In this document: piece by piece, positions 19,789 to 28,730 of the stretch
Numbering within the stretch: position 1 is the first letter of the stretch
Layout: each line of letters opens with the position of its first letter
NCBI GenBank assembly: GCA_038861545.1
Contig: JAWCCZ010000005.1
Coordinates: 32,001 to 96,000, forward strand
Length of the DNA: 64,000 nt
Source: Thermofilaceae archaeon
Lineage (GTDB): Archaea; Thermoproteota; Thermoprotei; Thermofilales; Thermofilaceae
Reading direction: 5' to 3'
Notes under the pieces: generated by a model
Told to the model about the DNA's origin: nothing
Database searches by the model: none
Seen by the model: only the letters and a program-made list of their open reading frames with translations
Translations under genes and position numbers: made by a program

Positions 19789-21381
19789 GTGCAACGTTAT
19801 ACATATGCTATCATAGCGATAATGGCATTAACTGTATGTGTAAAAGCTTTCGGTGATGTTGACTTAGAACTAAATGTTAAGCCAGATATTCCCTATATTA
19901 TAGAGATAATTAACCTAAAAACATCTCCAGTAAAAACTCTCAGCTTTAATTTAAGTAAATTTGTCAAATATATTGTATATTCAGCCGCATTATCCGATGA
20001 GGAAGTAGTTAAAGGGAATTGCGAAAATGGGATAATTAGTTTCCAGTTCAAGATGGCCCATGAGGAATTCAAAATCGCATTTGTGTTGCATACCGTTAAT
20101 AAAACTGATACATCTAGCCAGATTACTATACCTTTACCCTTAGCACCGCTTGAACAAGGATCCAACTTCACATTGCTAATTTACGAGTTACCCTCGGATC
20201 CGGTAATAAACAATCCATACTTGAACTTTTCAAAGGGATTCGATTCTGCCCTTGGATATTACCTTAGATATAATGGCTCAGCTCCTTCAGGCTCCCTTTA
20301 TCCAATCGAGCTTGAAGTCAGGTACTCTAACCCAAGACCGGTAATAGACAGCATTGTTAGAACAGTAAAGATAGAAAAAGAACAAGTAATTTTCACAGAT
20401 AATTATACGCTTGTAGGCTTTTTTGATCAAGAGTCCAGTAATTTAGAATTATTCTACCCCGGTAACTTCATTATAAGTAGCGTAATAGGGCTTATGGGAG
20501 TCTACCCTTCTACAAGTTATAGCGTCGATTCACTTAATAATTCATTAAAACTATCTGTGAAATTGATGGCTCCTCCGCGCCGAAGTGGCGATCGCGCTTA
20601 CCTTACTGTTACTTTAAAGACTCCATATAAATGCAGTGAAAACGGCTGTGAGCTTCCACTCTCGGTAGCCGTAGGGCACTATGTAAATAACTTAACAGTA
20701 ATGCTAAGAGTGCATGGAGAACTTGAGTTTCAAGGATTAAAGCCAATTAATTTAAAGTCTGTTCAAAGCGACACAGTATACATACTTGGTTCATTTAATT
20801 TGCTAAATAACGAATTTTCTAATATTAAAGTTTGGGTGAAACCCAAACTTGCAACTAAGCTTTCCCCACTCTACACTGTCACACTACTATTAGTTGCTGT
20901 TATAGCTTTGTATATAGGATTTACTAAAACTAAGAATATTTTTTCCGCTAAGCAACCTGCTAGTACTAAAGTGGTCGAGAAAGTCGCTCCACCGCAAGAA
21001 GTTGTAGATACTGTAATAGATATAATTACACTGCTTAGAAATTGGTTAGACGAATGTTTAAAGTTAAGTGAAGGTAAGATTACTATGCGTGACTATAAAC
21101 AAATAGTAAAAGAAAATAGAAGAAAATATGACTCATTAAGATTTAAAATCGAGAAAATTTCAATGGAATTAGCTGATGATAATATGAAATCACTAATTAA
21201 AAATCTCAACGAAAAATCATATTCGTTGGTTAAGATATTTCAACAATTCGAAAACTTAAGAATGATATACGATAGAAGAACGATAACAAGAAAAGAATAC
21301 GAACGACAAATCGCACCACTAAAGGAGAACGCTCAGGATATCTTAGATTCACTTGAATCTTTATTGAAAGCCTTAACGTAA
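19789..21381 (+). CDS. Type I membrane glycoprotein, ribophorin-I-like architecture
   Basis: Signal peptide, beta-rich ectodomain with many sequons, single TM (LYTVTLLLVAVIALYIGF), C-terminal helical bundle. Confidence 0.55.
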   Translation: MQRYTYAIIAIMALTVCVKAFGDVDLELNVKPDIPYIIEIINLKTSPVKTLSFNLSKFVKYIVYSAALSDEEVVKGNCENGIISFQFKMAHEEFKIAFVLHTVNKTDTSSQITIPLPLAPLEQGSNFTLLIYELPSDPVINNPYLNFSKGFDSALGYYLRYNGSAPSGSLYPIELEVRYSNPRPVIDSIVRTVKIEKEQVIFTDNYTLVGFFDQESSNLELFYPGNFIISSVIGLMGVYPSTSYSVDSLNNSLKLSVKLMAPPRRSGDRAYLTVTLKTPYKCSENGCELPLSVAVGHYVNNLTVMLRVHGELEFQGLKPINLKSVQSDTVYILGSFNLLNNEFSNIKVWVKPKLATKLSPLYTVTLLLVAVIALYIGFTKTKNIFSAKQPASTKVVEKVAPPQEVVDTVIDIITLLRNWLDECLKLSEGKITMRDYKQIVKENRRKYDSLRFKIEKISMELADDNMKSLIKNLNEKSYSLVKIFQQFENLRMIYDRRTITRKEYERQIAPLKENAQDILDSLESLLKALT

Positions 21382-21462
21382 AGTCCATTTTTATCGATCT
21401 ATTTATTCAATTCTGTTTATCGCCAGTCAAGAATTCTTTGGTACAAATAAAGAAAAGTACAC

Positions 21463-21581
21463 TGGTGCGGGGGCCGGGATTCGAACCCGGGCAGGCCTCC
21501 GCCAGCGGAGATCCCCTCTACCAATTTTACCTCTGGTAGATCCTAAGTCCGCCCCCTTTGTCCTAGCTCGGGCACCCCCGC
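21463..21581 (-). tRNA. tRNA-Leu(TAG) with a 31-nt anticodon-loop intron (21541-21511) and encoded CCA
   Basis: GCGGGGGTGCCCGAGCTAGGACAAAGGGGGCGGACTTAGG[ATCTACCAGAGGTAAAATTGGTAGAGGGGAT]CTCCGCTGGCGGAGGCCTGCCCGGGTTCGAATCCCGGCCCCCGCACCA; long variable arm; intron stem TCTACCA/TGGTAGA. Confidence 0.94.
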
Positions 21582-21623
21582 TAAACCTAGCTAACCAATC
21601 CAGGTAATAAATTTTCGGTATAT

Positions 21624-21692
21624 TGCGACGACTCAGCCAAATGCCTTTCGGTCACTTCTCACCGTAACTCTGTTTCCTCATTTGCCGTCGCA
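21624..21692 (-). ncRNA. C/D box sRNA, double guide to 23S rRNA helix 69 and the helix 70/71 region
   Basis: Terminal stem TGCGACGGC/GTCGTCGCA; C ATGAGGA; guide CAGAGTTAC (anti GUAACUCUG); D' GTGA; guide GGCATTTGG (anti CCAAAUGCC); D CTGA. Confidence 0.88.
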
Positions 21693-21738
21693 GAGTTAAT
21701 TCTCGATTGAGAAATAAAACCTTGCCTTTATTAACTTG

Positions 21739-22017
21739 TTACTCAATTAACCTGGATACTGTGATAATATCTACTTGACTTACTCCAGCGACGTCAGCTA
21801 ATAGTTCTTCTAGATTTGTTGTACCTCCTTCGATGCTTTCAGGCATGGCTATCCAGAGATATATAGCGTTTATACCGAATGCTACTGGTTCAATTCTACT
21901 TTTCAAAACTTCATATAATTCTCGGGGAAGCTTACCTTTTACTGCTTCAATGATTTTCTCAGGCGGAGTATCTACATCATCTGGGAGAATTTTCACGATC
22001 GTTACCACCCGTGTCAT
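21739..22017 (-). CDS. ef1b: Translation elongation factor 1-beta
   Basis: KILPDD, EPVAFGI, GVSQVD..VSR; ATG at 22017. Confidence 0.93.
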   Translation of the reverse strand: MTRVVTIVKILPDDVDTPPEKIIEAVKGKLPRELYEVLKSRIEPVAFGINAIYLWIAMPESIEGGTTNLEELLADVAGVSQVDIITVSRLIE

Positions 22018-22027
22018 GTTTATCCCC

Positions 22028-22204
22028 CTATGGACCTGCAAATCCACATTTAGGGCATTGGTATGTGTTACATTGTTTTCGACATTTCTCGCATCTCCAG
22101 ATCTCTACTTCACCGCAGTTAGGACAGCGAAATCTTACACCCCTCTCGTATGGTGCTATAGGTTTGTGACATGACGAGCAGAGTGGTATTTTAAGGCTAG
22201 TCAT
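22028..22204 (-). CDS. Small Zn-ribbon protein (DUF1610 / HVO_2753-like); not in the ORF track
   Basis: [58 protein letters not shown], four CxxC motifs, in its usual position upstream of EF-1beta. Confidence 0.92.
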   Translation of the reverse strand: MTSLKIPLCSSCHKPIAPYERGVRFRCPNCGEVEIWRCEKCRKQCNTYQCPKCGFAGP

Positions 22205-22263
22205 AGGAGGCCCTCAACTGCTCTATTTATAAATCTTGGCCAATAGTGGCTATTTTGTCTGCC

Positions 22264-22629
22264 TTAGATAATCACCAGTAGGGGTTCCCCCTGCTTCACA
22301 ACCATGCCTTCCTTAACAAATAACTCCTTTATAATTCCCTGTTTATTAGCTCTGACCTCTATCCTAGTTTTCATGGCTTCTAAAATCGCAATCGTATCAC
22401 CTTGCTCTACTTTATCTCCTACCTTTACTTTAATTTCAATAACTTTTCCAGTAATCGGTGCGTTAATAGCTCCCTCAATTCCACTGACCGTAGGCTCTGT
22501 AGAGACGCTTTTAACAACCCCGGTTTTTAGCGCTTGAAGTAAAACTTCTAAATCACTAGATCCTTCTTCTACTTCTACCTCAACATCGAATTCCTCGCCG
22601 TCTATTACTACCTTAAACCATCGTTTCAT
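22264..22629 (-). CDS. Biotin carboxyl carrier protein
   Basis: APITGKV, LEAMK biotinylation motif, N-terminal FKVVIDGEEFDVEVE tether. Confidence 0.92.
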   Translation of the reverse strand: MKRWFKVVIDGEEFDVEVEVEEGSSDLEVLLQALKTGVVKSVSTEPTVSGIEGAINAPITGKVIEIKVKVGDKVEQGDTIAILEAMKTRIEVRANKQGIIKELFVKEGMVVKQGEPLLVII

Positions 22630-22799
22630 AAGTAGGCACCTTCAAAATCTGAACATGCTTCCAATTTTGCTATCAACCCCCAGAGTCTGGAAGCTGACTG
22701 CGAAGGCTTCTTAGATTTACTTTTTTGTCTAGAAGATAAAATGAAGCAGGTTACTGCCAATAAGGCCGCCAGCCTTCGCTGCTCTTCGTCTGTTTTCAA
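22626..22799 (-). CDS. Small acyl-CoA carboxylase epsilon/PccX-like subunit; not in the ORF track
   Basis: TTG start overlapping the carboxyltransferase stop; MKTDEEQRRLAALLAVTCFILSSRQKSKSKKPSQSASRLWGLIAKLEACSDFEGAYL*; its stop overlaps the BCCP ATG; EE..AA..AV...W pattern. Confidence 0.7.
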   Translation of the reverse strand: MKTDEEQRRLAALLAVTCFILSSRQKSKSKKPSQSASRLWGLIAKLEACSDFEGAYL

Positions 22800-24361
22800 A
22801 CAGGTGGCACCCCATGCTTTTTAGAAGGACAGGGTTTCCTCTCCCTTTTAGAGAGAAGGAAATTTAGAGTCTGTACTAATACGCTCCTTGTCTCGCTGGG
22901 GATTAGTACGTTATCAATGTATCCTCTACCTGCTGGAAAATATGGATTAGCAAACCTGCTTCTATACTCACTAACAAAGCTTTTGATTAACTCTTCTCTC
23001 TCTTCGGGATCGGCTTTTTCCAGCTTATTTTTATGTATAATTTCAACTGCTCCTTCAGGACCCATTACCGCTATTTCGGCACTTGGCCAAGCATAGACGA
23101 CGTCTGCTCCTAAATGTTTGCTTCCAAGAGCTATATATGCGCCTCCATAGGCTTTACGGATAATAACTGTTACTTTTGGTACTGTAGATTGCGCATAAGC
23201 ATGTATTATCTTTGCACCATGGCGTATAACGCCCCCATGTTCCTGAATCGTACCTGGCAGAAAGCCAGGTACATCTACAAAAGTGAACACCGGAATGTTA
23301 AACGCGTCACAAAACGTCACAAACCTCGCAATCTTATCCGAACTATTTATGTCCAAGCTACCGGCCATGAACGTAGGTTGATTAGCAACCACACCAACTA
23401 CGTAACCAGCGAGCCTCGCGAATCCTGTGATGGCATTTAACGCGAAGAGTTCTTGGACTTCAAAAAAAGATTCCCTATCGAATACTCGAGTAATGATTTC
23501 CCGCATGTCGTAGGGTTCCTCTGGATCGTCTGGTACTATACTGTTTAATGTTTCATCCTCTCTATTTGGATCATCCCCTGTATCCACGTACGGTGGATCC
23601 TCTAAGTTGTTCGACGGCAGATAACTCAGAAGTTTCTTTATTAGATAGATAGCATCCTTGTCATCATTCGTAACAAAGTGTGCTACACCGCTTTTTTCAG
23701 CATGTACTTCGGCTCCACCTAAGCTTTCAAACGTTACATCCTCGCCAGTAGCTGCTTTTACTACCTTAGGTCCTGTGATGAACATGTAACTGGTTTTCTT
23801 GACCATAATAATGAAGTCTGCTAAGGCTGGAGAGTAAACCGCACCGCCTGCACATGGACCCATTATTGCTACTATTTGAGGAACTACCCCGCTCGCCATC
23901 ACATTCCTATAGAATATTTCACCGTAGCCTTTAAGTGAATCAACTCCCTCTTGAATGCGCGCCCCTCCAGAGTCATTTAAACCTATAATAGGGATTCCTA
24001 GTTTCATAGCTAACTCTATTAAATGGGCTATCTTCATGCCATGCATTTCACCCACACTGCCACCCATGAACGTGAAATCTTGAGCATATACTGCAACTTT
24101 GCGTCCATTTACTTCGCCTATTCCGGTAATTACTCCATCTCCATAAGCTACCTTACTACTCATGTCCAGCTCTGTAGCTCTATGTGTGACCAGACACTCA
24201 AGCTCAACAAAAGTACCTTTATCGACTAAAAGCTCTACTCGTTCCCAAGCTGTAAGCTTGCCAGATTCATGCTGCTTTCTTATCCTATCGATGTCGCCTC
24301 CAAGCCTAATCCGTTCTTTAAACTGTTTGAGTTCTTCAACTCTGCGCAAATTAGCCTTCAC
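22796..24361 (-). CDS. Acyl-CoA carboxyltransferase (propionyl-CoA carboxylase beta / methylmalonyl-CoA decarboxylase alpha)
   Basis: DSGGARIQEG, GPCAGGAVYSP, DVPGFLPG, RKAYGGAY, KKHGVPP. Confidence 0.95.
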   Translation of the reverse strand: MKANLRRVEELKQFKERIRLGGDIDRIRKQHESGKLTAWERVELLVDKGTFVELECLVTHRATELDMSSKVAYGDGVITGIGEVNGRKVAVYAQDFTFMGGSVGEMHGMKIAHLIELAMKLGIPIIGLNDSGGARIQEGVDSLKGYGEIFYRNVMASGVVPQIVAIMGPCAGGAVYSPALADFIIMVKKTSYMFITGPKVVKAATGEDVTFESLGGAEVHAEKSGVAHFVTNDDKDAIYLIKKLLSYLPSNNLEDPPYVDTGDDPNREDETLNSIVPDDPEEPYDMREIITRVFDRESFFEVQELFALNAITGFARLAGYVVGVVANQPTFMAGSLDINSSDKIARFVTFCDAFNIPVFTFVDVPGFLPGTIQEHGGVIRHGAKIIHAYAQSTVPKVTVIIRKAYGGAYIALGSKHLGADVVYAWPSAEIAVMGPEGAVEIIHKNKLEKADPEEREELIKSFVSEYRSRFANPYFPAGRGYIDNVLIPSETRSVLVQTLNFLLSKRERKPCPSKKHGVPPV

Positions 24362-24984
24362 CTTATCTCATTAACCCAAACTTCATAGAAATTGGTTCCG
24401 ATCCTAACCTTAACTAATTTAGCTCCTTTGCTAGCCATTTCGCAGGCAAGTTTCAAATGCCTGAGCACTTTAGTAAGAAGCCCTTCGAGCATGGTTGTAT
24501 TGTCAAGCGACTTGAGGTATTCGTGCAAGAATTTCTCAGGTATATATCTGGCTTGCAGGTCAGGGGTATGAGTAAACTCGCAGGCAGTAGCTATAGCATT
24601 ATTCTTTCCAGTCGTGTCCAGCATTTTAAGACCTTTCAATGCAACATAAACTAAACCACCTTGAGTTACTACCTTTACGACTTTATTTGGAGGAATAGGA
24701 AGAGCTCGCCACGGTTTGTAAAATCGTTCACCAATTTGCACAGTACTTTGACCAGCCACTGCAGCTAAAACTGGTGCGCCGCAACGAAATACCAGTTCAC
24801 CTTCAACTTCTATTACCTCGTTACTTAGGCTGTTTCCAACTAGGGCATTGGATACAGCACATAGAAAAGGTTCAGTGGCTACACTGGTAGTTACTAGGCG
24901 GATGCCATTACCATCTAAAATCTCAAGTGTAACTCTACGAGATTCGACAAGCGACGGTAATGCTTTAGACTCTGAAAGCATCAA
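24358..24984 (-). CDS. Hypothetical protein: PxpC/allophanate-hydrolase-subunit-2-like N-terminal part plus BCCP-tether-like C terminus
   Basis: AVSNALVGN...VIEV and YVALKG resemble PxpC/KipA; overlaps the carboxyltransferase start. Confidence 0.55.
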   Translation of the reverse strand: MMLSESKALPSLVESRRVTLEILDGNGIRLVTTSVATEPFLCAVSNALVGNSLSNEVIEVEGELVFRCGAPVLAAVAGQSTVQIGERFYKPWRALPIPPNKVVKVVTQGGLVYVALKGLKMLDTTGKNNAIATACEFTHTPDLQARYIPEKFLHEYLKSLDNTTMLEGLLTKVLRHLKLACEMASKGAKLVKVRIGTNFYEVWVNEIR

Positions 24985-25039
24985 CGGGTTAGATAGCTAG
25001 GGATATAAAAGGAATTCTGATATGCTTCCGCCGTAAAAT

Positions 25040-26092
25040 TTAATTTAGATCTTCACGCTTCAGTTTATAGAAAGTTTCATGGGGCTCAGTCTGGTACCAG
25101 TATGCCACGCTGCTATAATCTGCTGCGACTTCATTCCACTCTCCGTGAGGTGCTACAACTTCAATATGCTGCTTAAAAGGTATAGGATCTGGAATGTGAA
25201 AACGATAAGCTGCTATCTCACCTCTCTCTTCATCTTTATGCAGAAGGCCGTGAAAGGGAGCCACGAATGTTCCTCCAGTAAAGTACCAACCTGAGAGGAA
25301 ATAATCCTCTGTACCTGTGGCACTATATGCGACCTCGCCATCAGCAAATATAGTTATGTTACCTTCAAGGAATCCCAATCCTCCAATTATAGGTCTTTTA
25401 AAGCTCAGACTACGCATAAACAAGTAAGTACCTACATAGTGACCCGTGCCACGAGATCTAAGCACGGTATAGGCTTCTCCCAGACTAGTCTCTTTTTCTC
25501 TATGCCATATAGCATGGAACCTTCCCATCTCTTCCACTTCGACGTTAGAGTAATAACCTATGATGTAATACAACGAAGAGACCTCTTCTACTCCTAGATT
25601 TTCGATTTCGATTCTAGCTTTCCTAAAGGGCATAGGCAAGTAACAGTAGAAACCGCCACTGCTTAATCCTAATGGCAAGGGGTGCGCGTTCTCAGTCAAT
25701 GATGGCTGAGGGGAAAAAGCCCTATGACCTTGTAAGAAAAAGTCTCCTAAGGGGGTTTCTATGCTAGGTTCGCCCTCGTTATCCCACCACGCCCTTAAAA
25801 TCACGTTCCGGAGAAACCTTCGATCAGCTGCACTTATAGTTATCCACATGCTTACAATTATCCCGGGTTCACTAAGCTTGAATATATCCAGTTTTTGTCC
25901 GGGTTCAATCGAATAATAGTCCAATCGCGCTCCCTTTTCAATTTGACGTATTAAACCTCTCTTTCCCCAGTGTTCTAACCATTCTCTAGGAAGCTTATCC
26001 CGTATATTTGTTACCTCCTCCTCAGAAAGTGTATGTGTACTAGATACGTATTTCATTTTACCTTGCTTAAGCTTTGGAAGGTCTGTAAGCAT
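25040..26092 (-). CDS. DUF2961 / GH172 family glycoside hydrolase (cytoplasmic)
   Basis: PGIIVSMWIT, WWDNEGEPSIETPLGDFF, YLPMPF, GHYVG, FLEGN, TGTEDYF, AYRFHIPDPIPF, SVAYWYQ. Confidence 0.88.
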   Translation of the reverse strand: MLTDLPKLKQGKMKYVSSTHTLSEEEVTNIRDKLPREWLEHWGKRGLIRQIEKGARLDYYSIEPGQKLDIFKLSEPGIIVSMWITISAADRRFLRNVILRAWWDNEGEPSIETPLGDFFLQGHRAFSPQPSLTENAHPLPLGLSSGGFYCYLPMPFRKARIEIENLGVEEVSSLYYIIGYYSNVEVEEMGRFHAIWHREKETSLGEAYTVLRSRGTGHYVGTYLFMRSLSFKRPIIGGLGFLEGNITIFADGEVAYSATGTEDYFLSGWYFTGGTFVAPFHGLLHKDEERGEIAAYRFHIPDPIPFKQHIEVVAPHGEWNEVAADYSSVAYWYQTEPHETFYKLKREDLN

Positions 26093-26256
26093 GCGCGAAA
26101 CGCTTAGTTCATGCTAAAAAGGGTTGCGTTTATAATCTAAGTTAGTCAAAATTTAATACTTAAGTTTTATATTATTAAGCTATTTCTATGAGAGAAATTT
26201 TAATAATATTTAAGGTTATAAAGTAAAAATAAAATTAACCTTCGCTCATTGATCAA

Positions 26257-26547
26257 TTAACCCTTTCTCTCTAGTATTATTTCTATGGCTGATACTATTC
26301 TTTCCTTTCCCGGCTCGCCAACTTTTTCGCTAGTTATATTAACGTTTTTAATATCGACTTTTCCTTCCATGAATCTGCGTACTACTTCAGCTGTATCAAC
26401 GGCTTTTGATATAGATCTCCCTCTAGCTTTCAATGTTATGCGCTTGCTGCCTAGTGTGAACTGCGTTACTGCAGCTAAAACGTAGCTTGCAACTGGTTTC
26501 TGCCCTATCAATATGGTACCCTCCGACGCTGACATGTTTAATACCAC
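26257..26547 (-). CDS. albA: DNA/RNA-binding protein Alba
   Basis: IGQKPV..YVLA, KARGRSISKAVD. Confidence 0.95.
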   Translation of the reverse strand: MVLNMSASEGTILIGQKPVASYVLAAVTQFTLGSKRITLKARGRSISKAVDTAEVVRRFMEGKVDIKNVNITSEKVGEPGKERIVSAIEIILERKG

Positions 26548-26606
26548 CTCTTGGGTCGCTTTAGGGGAGTCTACAGGGTGATATATTTTTTCCCTTTTTT
26601 GATTTA

Positions 26607-28415
26607 TTATTCCCGGTCTTCTTCTAGAGGAAGAGAATAATAATACTCTTTAATCCCCTTTAAGTACCTATCGAGCCTAGAGCCTTCCTTATTTACCCTG
26701 GGCCGCAGAGTGTCAGGGTCTCTTCGAAACGTAACATCTAAATCTTCGAGAAGCTTGTTAAAGCCTTCACGCATACTTAGGGGGGGAGAAGAGAATCCTC
26801 GATCCCCTGGTTCACCCGAGAACACCATTATTGAATCTGCTAAAAAGTCTTGTGCAACTAGATCATGTTCGACAACTAGTGTGGCCGCCCCGCGATCCTC
26901 TGTAAGATGCTTGATAACTCTAGCTACTGCATACCTCTGCTCAATATCTAGATAAGCCATAGGTTCATCGAGTAAATATACCTCAGCTTCTTTCCCAAGC
27001 GCAACCGCTATGGCTACTCTTTGCAATTCTCCACCGCTGAGCTCTGATATATCGCGTTCCATAAATTTATTAACTGAAAGTGGCAGGAGAAGCTCGCTCT
27101 GAACAAAGCTTGATCCTGTATCCACACCGGCTTTAACTAGCACTTCCCTAACGCTACCTCCCGTCTCTAACCTAGAAATCACTTGGGGCTTATAGCTAAT
27201 TTTCAGACCATGTCCTACTAAAACTCCTCCCCCATCAGGTTGCAGCTCTCCCACGAGCATCTTGACAAATGTACTCTTTCCGATACCATTCGGTCCCACT
27301 ACTCCAACAACCTCGCCAGCATAGATCTCGCCTGCTTCTACAGTCAATTCGAAAGTTCCAAGTTTTTTATAAAGAGTATCCCATTTAACAACAACAGCTT
27401 CAGGCGCGTTGCGCCTTTCAGGTGGCTTAACGTGGAATTTTATTTCATACTCCCTGAATCTTATATTTTCTTCCTTTAAAACTCCTTTTAGGAATGTATT
27501 AATGCCCACTCTAACGCCCCTTGGCAAACTAACTATGCCATATGCTCCTGGTTCGCCATAAAGGACATGAACTAAATCACAAAGATAGTCCAGCACCGCA
27601 AGATCGTGTTCAACCACTACTACGTACTTACCAGTGGTTGCTAAAACCCTTATAGAACGAGCTACACGCAGCCTTTCCCTGACATCAAGATAGCTAGAGG
27701 GTTCATCAAACATATAGACGTCGGCTTCTCTACACATTGTTGCAGCAATGGCTAGCTTCTGCAGTTCACCACCACTAAGATACGCTACCTCCCGGTCCCA
27801 AACTCTATCCAATGCTAATCTCTCCTTCAGCTCGCAGGCAACACCTCGTTCATCAATTTTCTCAATAATTTGGCGTACAGTACCTTTTACGTAGCGAGGT
27901 ATCACGTCAATCTCCTGAGGTTTTCGAACTGTTTTAATGCGTCCTTCAGACAACTTTTGAAAATAGGGTTGAAGCTCAGATCCTCTAAAGAATTTGATTA
28001 TTGTATCCCAGGAACAGTCTTCATTCACGTTGCCTAAGTTGGGTTTCAGCTCACCCGCTAGGATCTTAAGAGAAGTCGATTTACCTACTCCATTGCTGCC
28101 TATAATTCCGATAACCTGCCCCATTTTTGGTATTGGTAGTCTAAAGAGTTCAAATCCATTAAGGCCATACCTATGCACTAATTCGGAACCGAGTTTCTCA
28201 GGTAGATTAACTATATGTATGGCGCTAAAGGGACACTTCTTCACACATATACCGCAGCCGACACATAGTTTTTCGTCTATCCTCGCTATTTTATGCTCTT
28301 CATCTACCCATACACATTTTGCCCCAGATCTATTAATGGGGCAAAACCTTACACATTCTGTTCCACATTTAGAGGGTCTGCATAACGCACGCTCAACTAT
28401 TGCTATTCTCATCAA
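26607..28415 (-). CDS. rli: Ribosome recycling ATPase ABCE1/RLI
   Basis: N-terminal 2x[4Fe-4S] cysteines, two ABC domains (LSGGELQ), TFRRD..T.RPRVNK. Confidence 0.97.
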   Translation of the reverse strand: MMRIAIVERALCRPSKCGTECVRFCPINRSGAKCVWVDEEHKIARIDEKLCVGCGICVKKCPFSAIHIVNLPEKLGSELVHRYGLNGFELFRLPIPKMGQVIGIIGSNGVGKSTSLKILAGELKPNLGNVNEDCSWDTIIKFFRGSELQPYFQKLSEGRIKTVRKPQEIDVIPRYVKGTVRQIIEKIDERGVACELKERLALDRVWDREVAYLSGGELQKLAIAATMCREADVYMFDEPSSYLDVRERLRVARSIRVLATTGKYVVVVEHDLAVLDYLCDLVHVLYGEPGAYGIVSLPRGVRVGINTFLKGVLKEENIRFREYEIKFHVKPPERRNAPEAVVVKWDTLYKKLGTFELTVEAGEIYAGEVVGVVGPNGIGKSTFVKMLVGELQPDGGGVLVGHGLKISYKPQVISRLETGGSVREVLVKAGVDTGSSFVQSELLLPLSVNKFMERDISELSGGELQRVAIAVALGKEAEVYLLDEPMAYLDIEQRYAVARVIKHLTEDRGAATLVVEHDLVAQDFLADSIMVFSGEPGDRGFSSPPLSMREGFNKLLEDLDVTFRRDPDTLRPRVNKEGSRLDRYLKGIKEYYYSLPLEEDRE

Positions 28416-28442
28416 ATATCCCCAAAAGTACAGCTTTGCTTC

Positions 28443-28730
28443 TTACTCTCCTTCGCTTTCCATAGATTCTAAGAATATTTCATAGTACTCCTTTAACAAC
28501 TCCCTTTCTTCTTCTATTTTTTCTTTATCCCTTTTATCAGAAGATTCAAGAACTACTAACTTGCCTCGTTTGTCAAGCGATATTTCTTCCCTTTGCATGT
28601 AACCTTGCTTAGCAGCGACTTCTTTCTTATAACCACATTTTTTACACACTAAGTACTTTTTACCCTCATCCTGCTGAGGGACCATCAATGAGCCACATTT
28701 AGGACAAAACTCCACTTTAAATCCCCGCAA
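28443..28730 (-). CDS. TFS/RPB9-family paralogue with only the N-terminal Zn ribbon
   Basis: FCPKCGSLM..CKKCGY; no C-terminal ribbon or RSADE motif; acidic helical tail. Confidence 0.8.
   Translation of the reverse strand: MRGFKVEFCPKCGSLMVPQQDEGKKYLVCKKCGYKKEVAAKQGYMQREEISLDKRGKLVVLESSDKRDKEKIEEERELLKEYYEIFLESMESEGE

Noticed and set aside
183-21581. Integrated element at either tRNA
   Set aside because: No integrase, no duplicated tRNA 3' end, and the flanking genes show no mobile-element hallmarks
26100-26256. Very AT-rich intergenic tract between the GH172 gene and alba as a possible origin
   Set aside because: No ORB-like repeats, no symmetry and no cdc6 nearby; explained by terminator and promoter sequence
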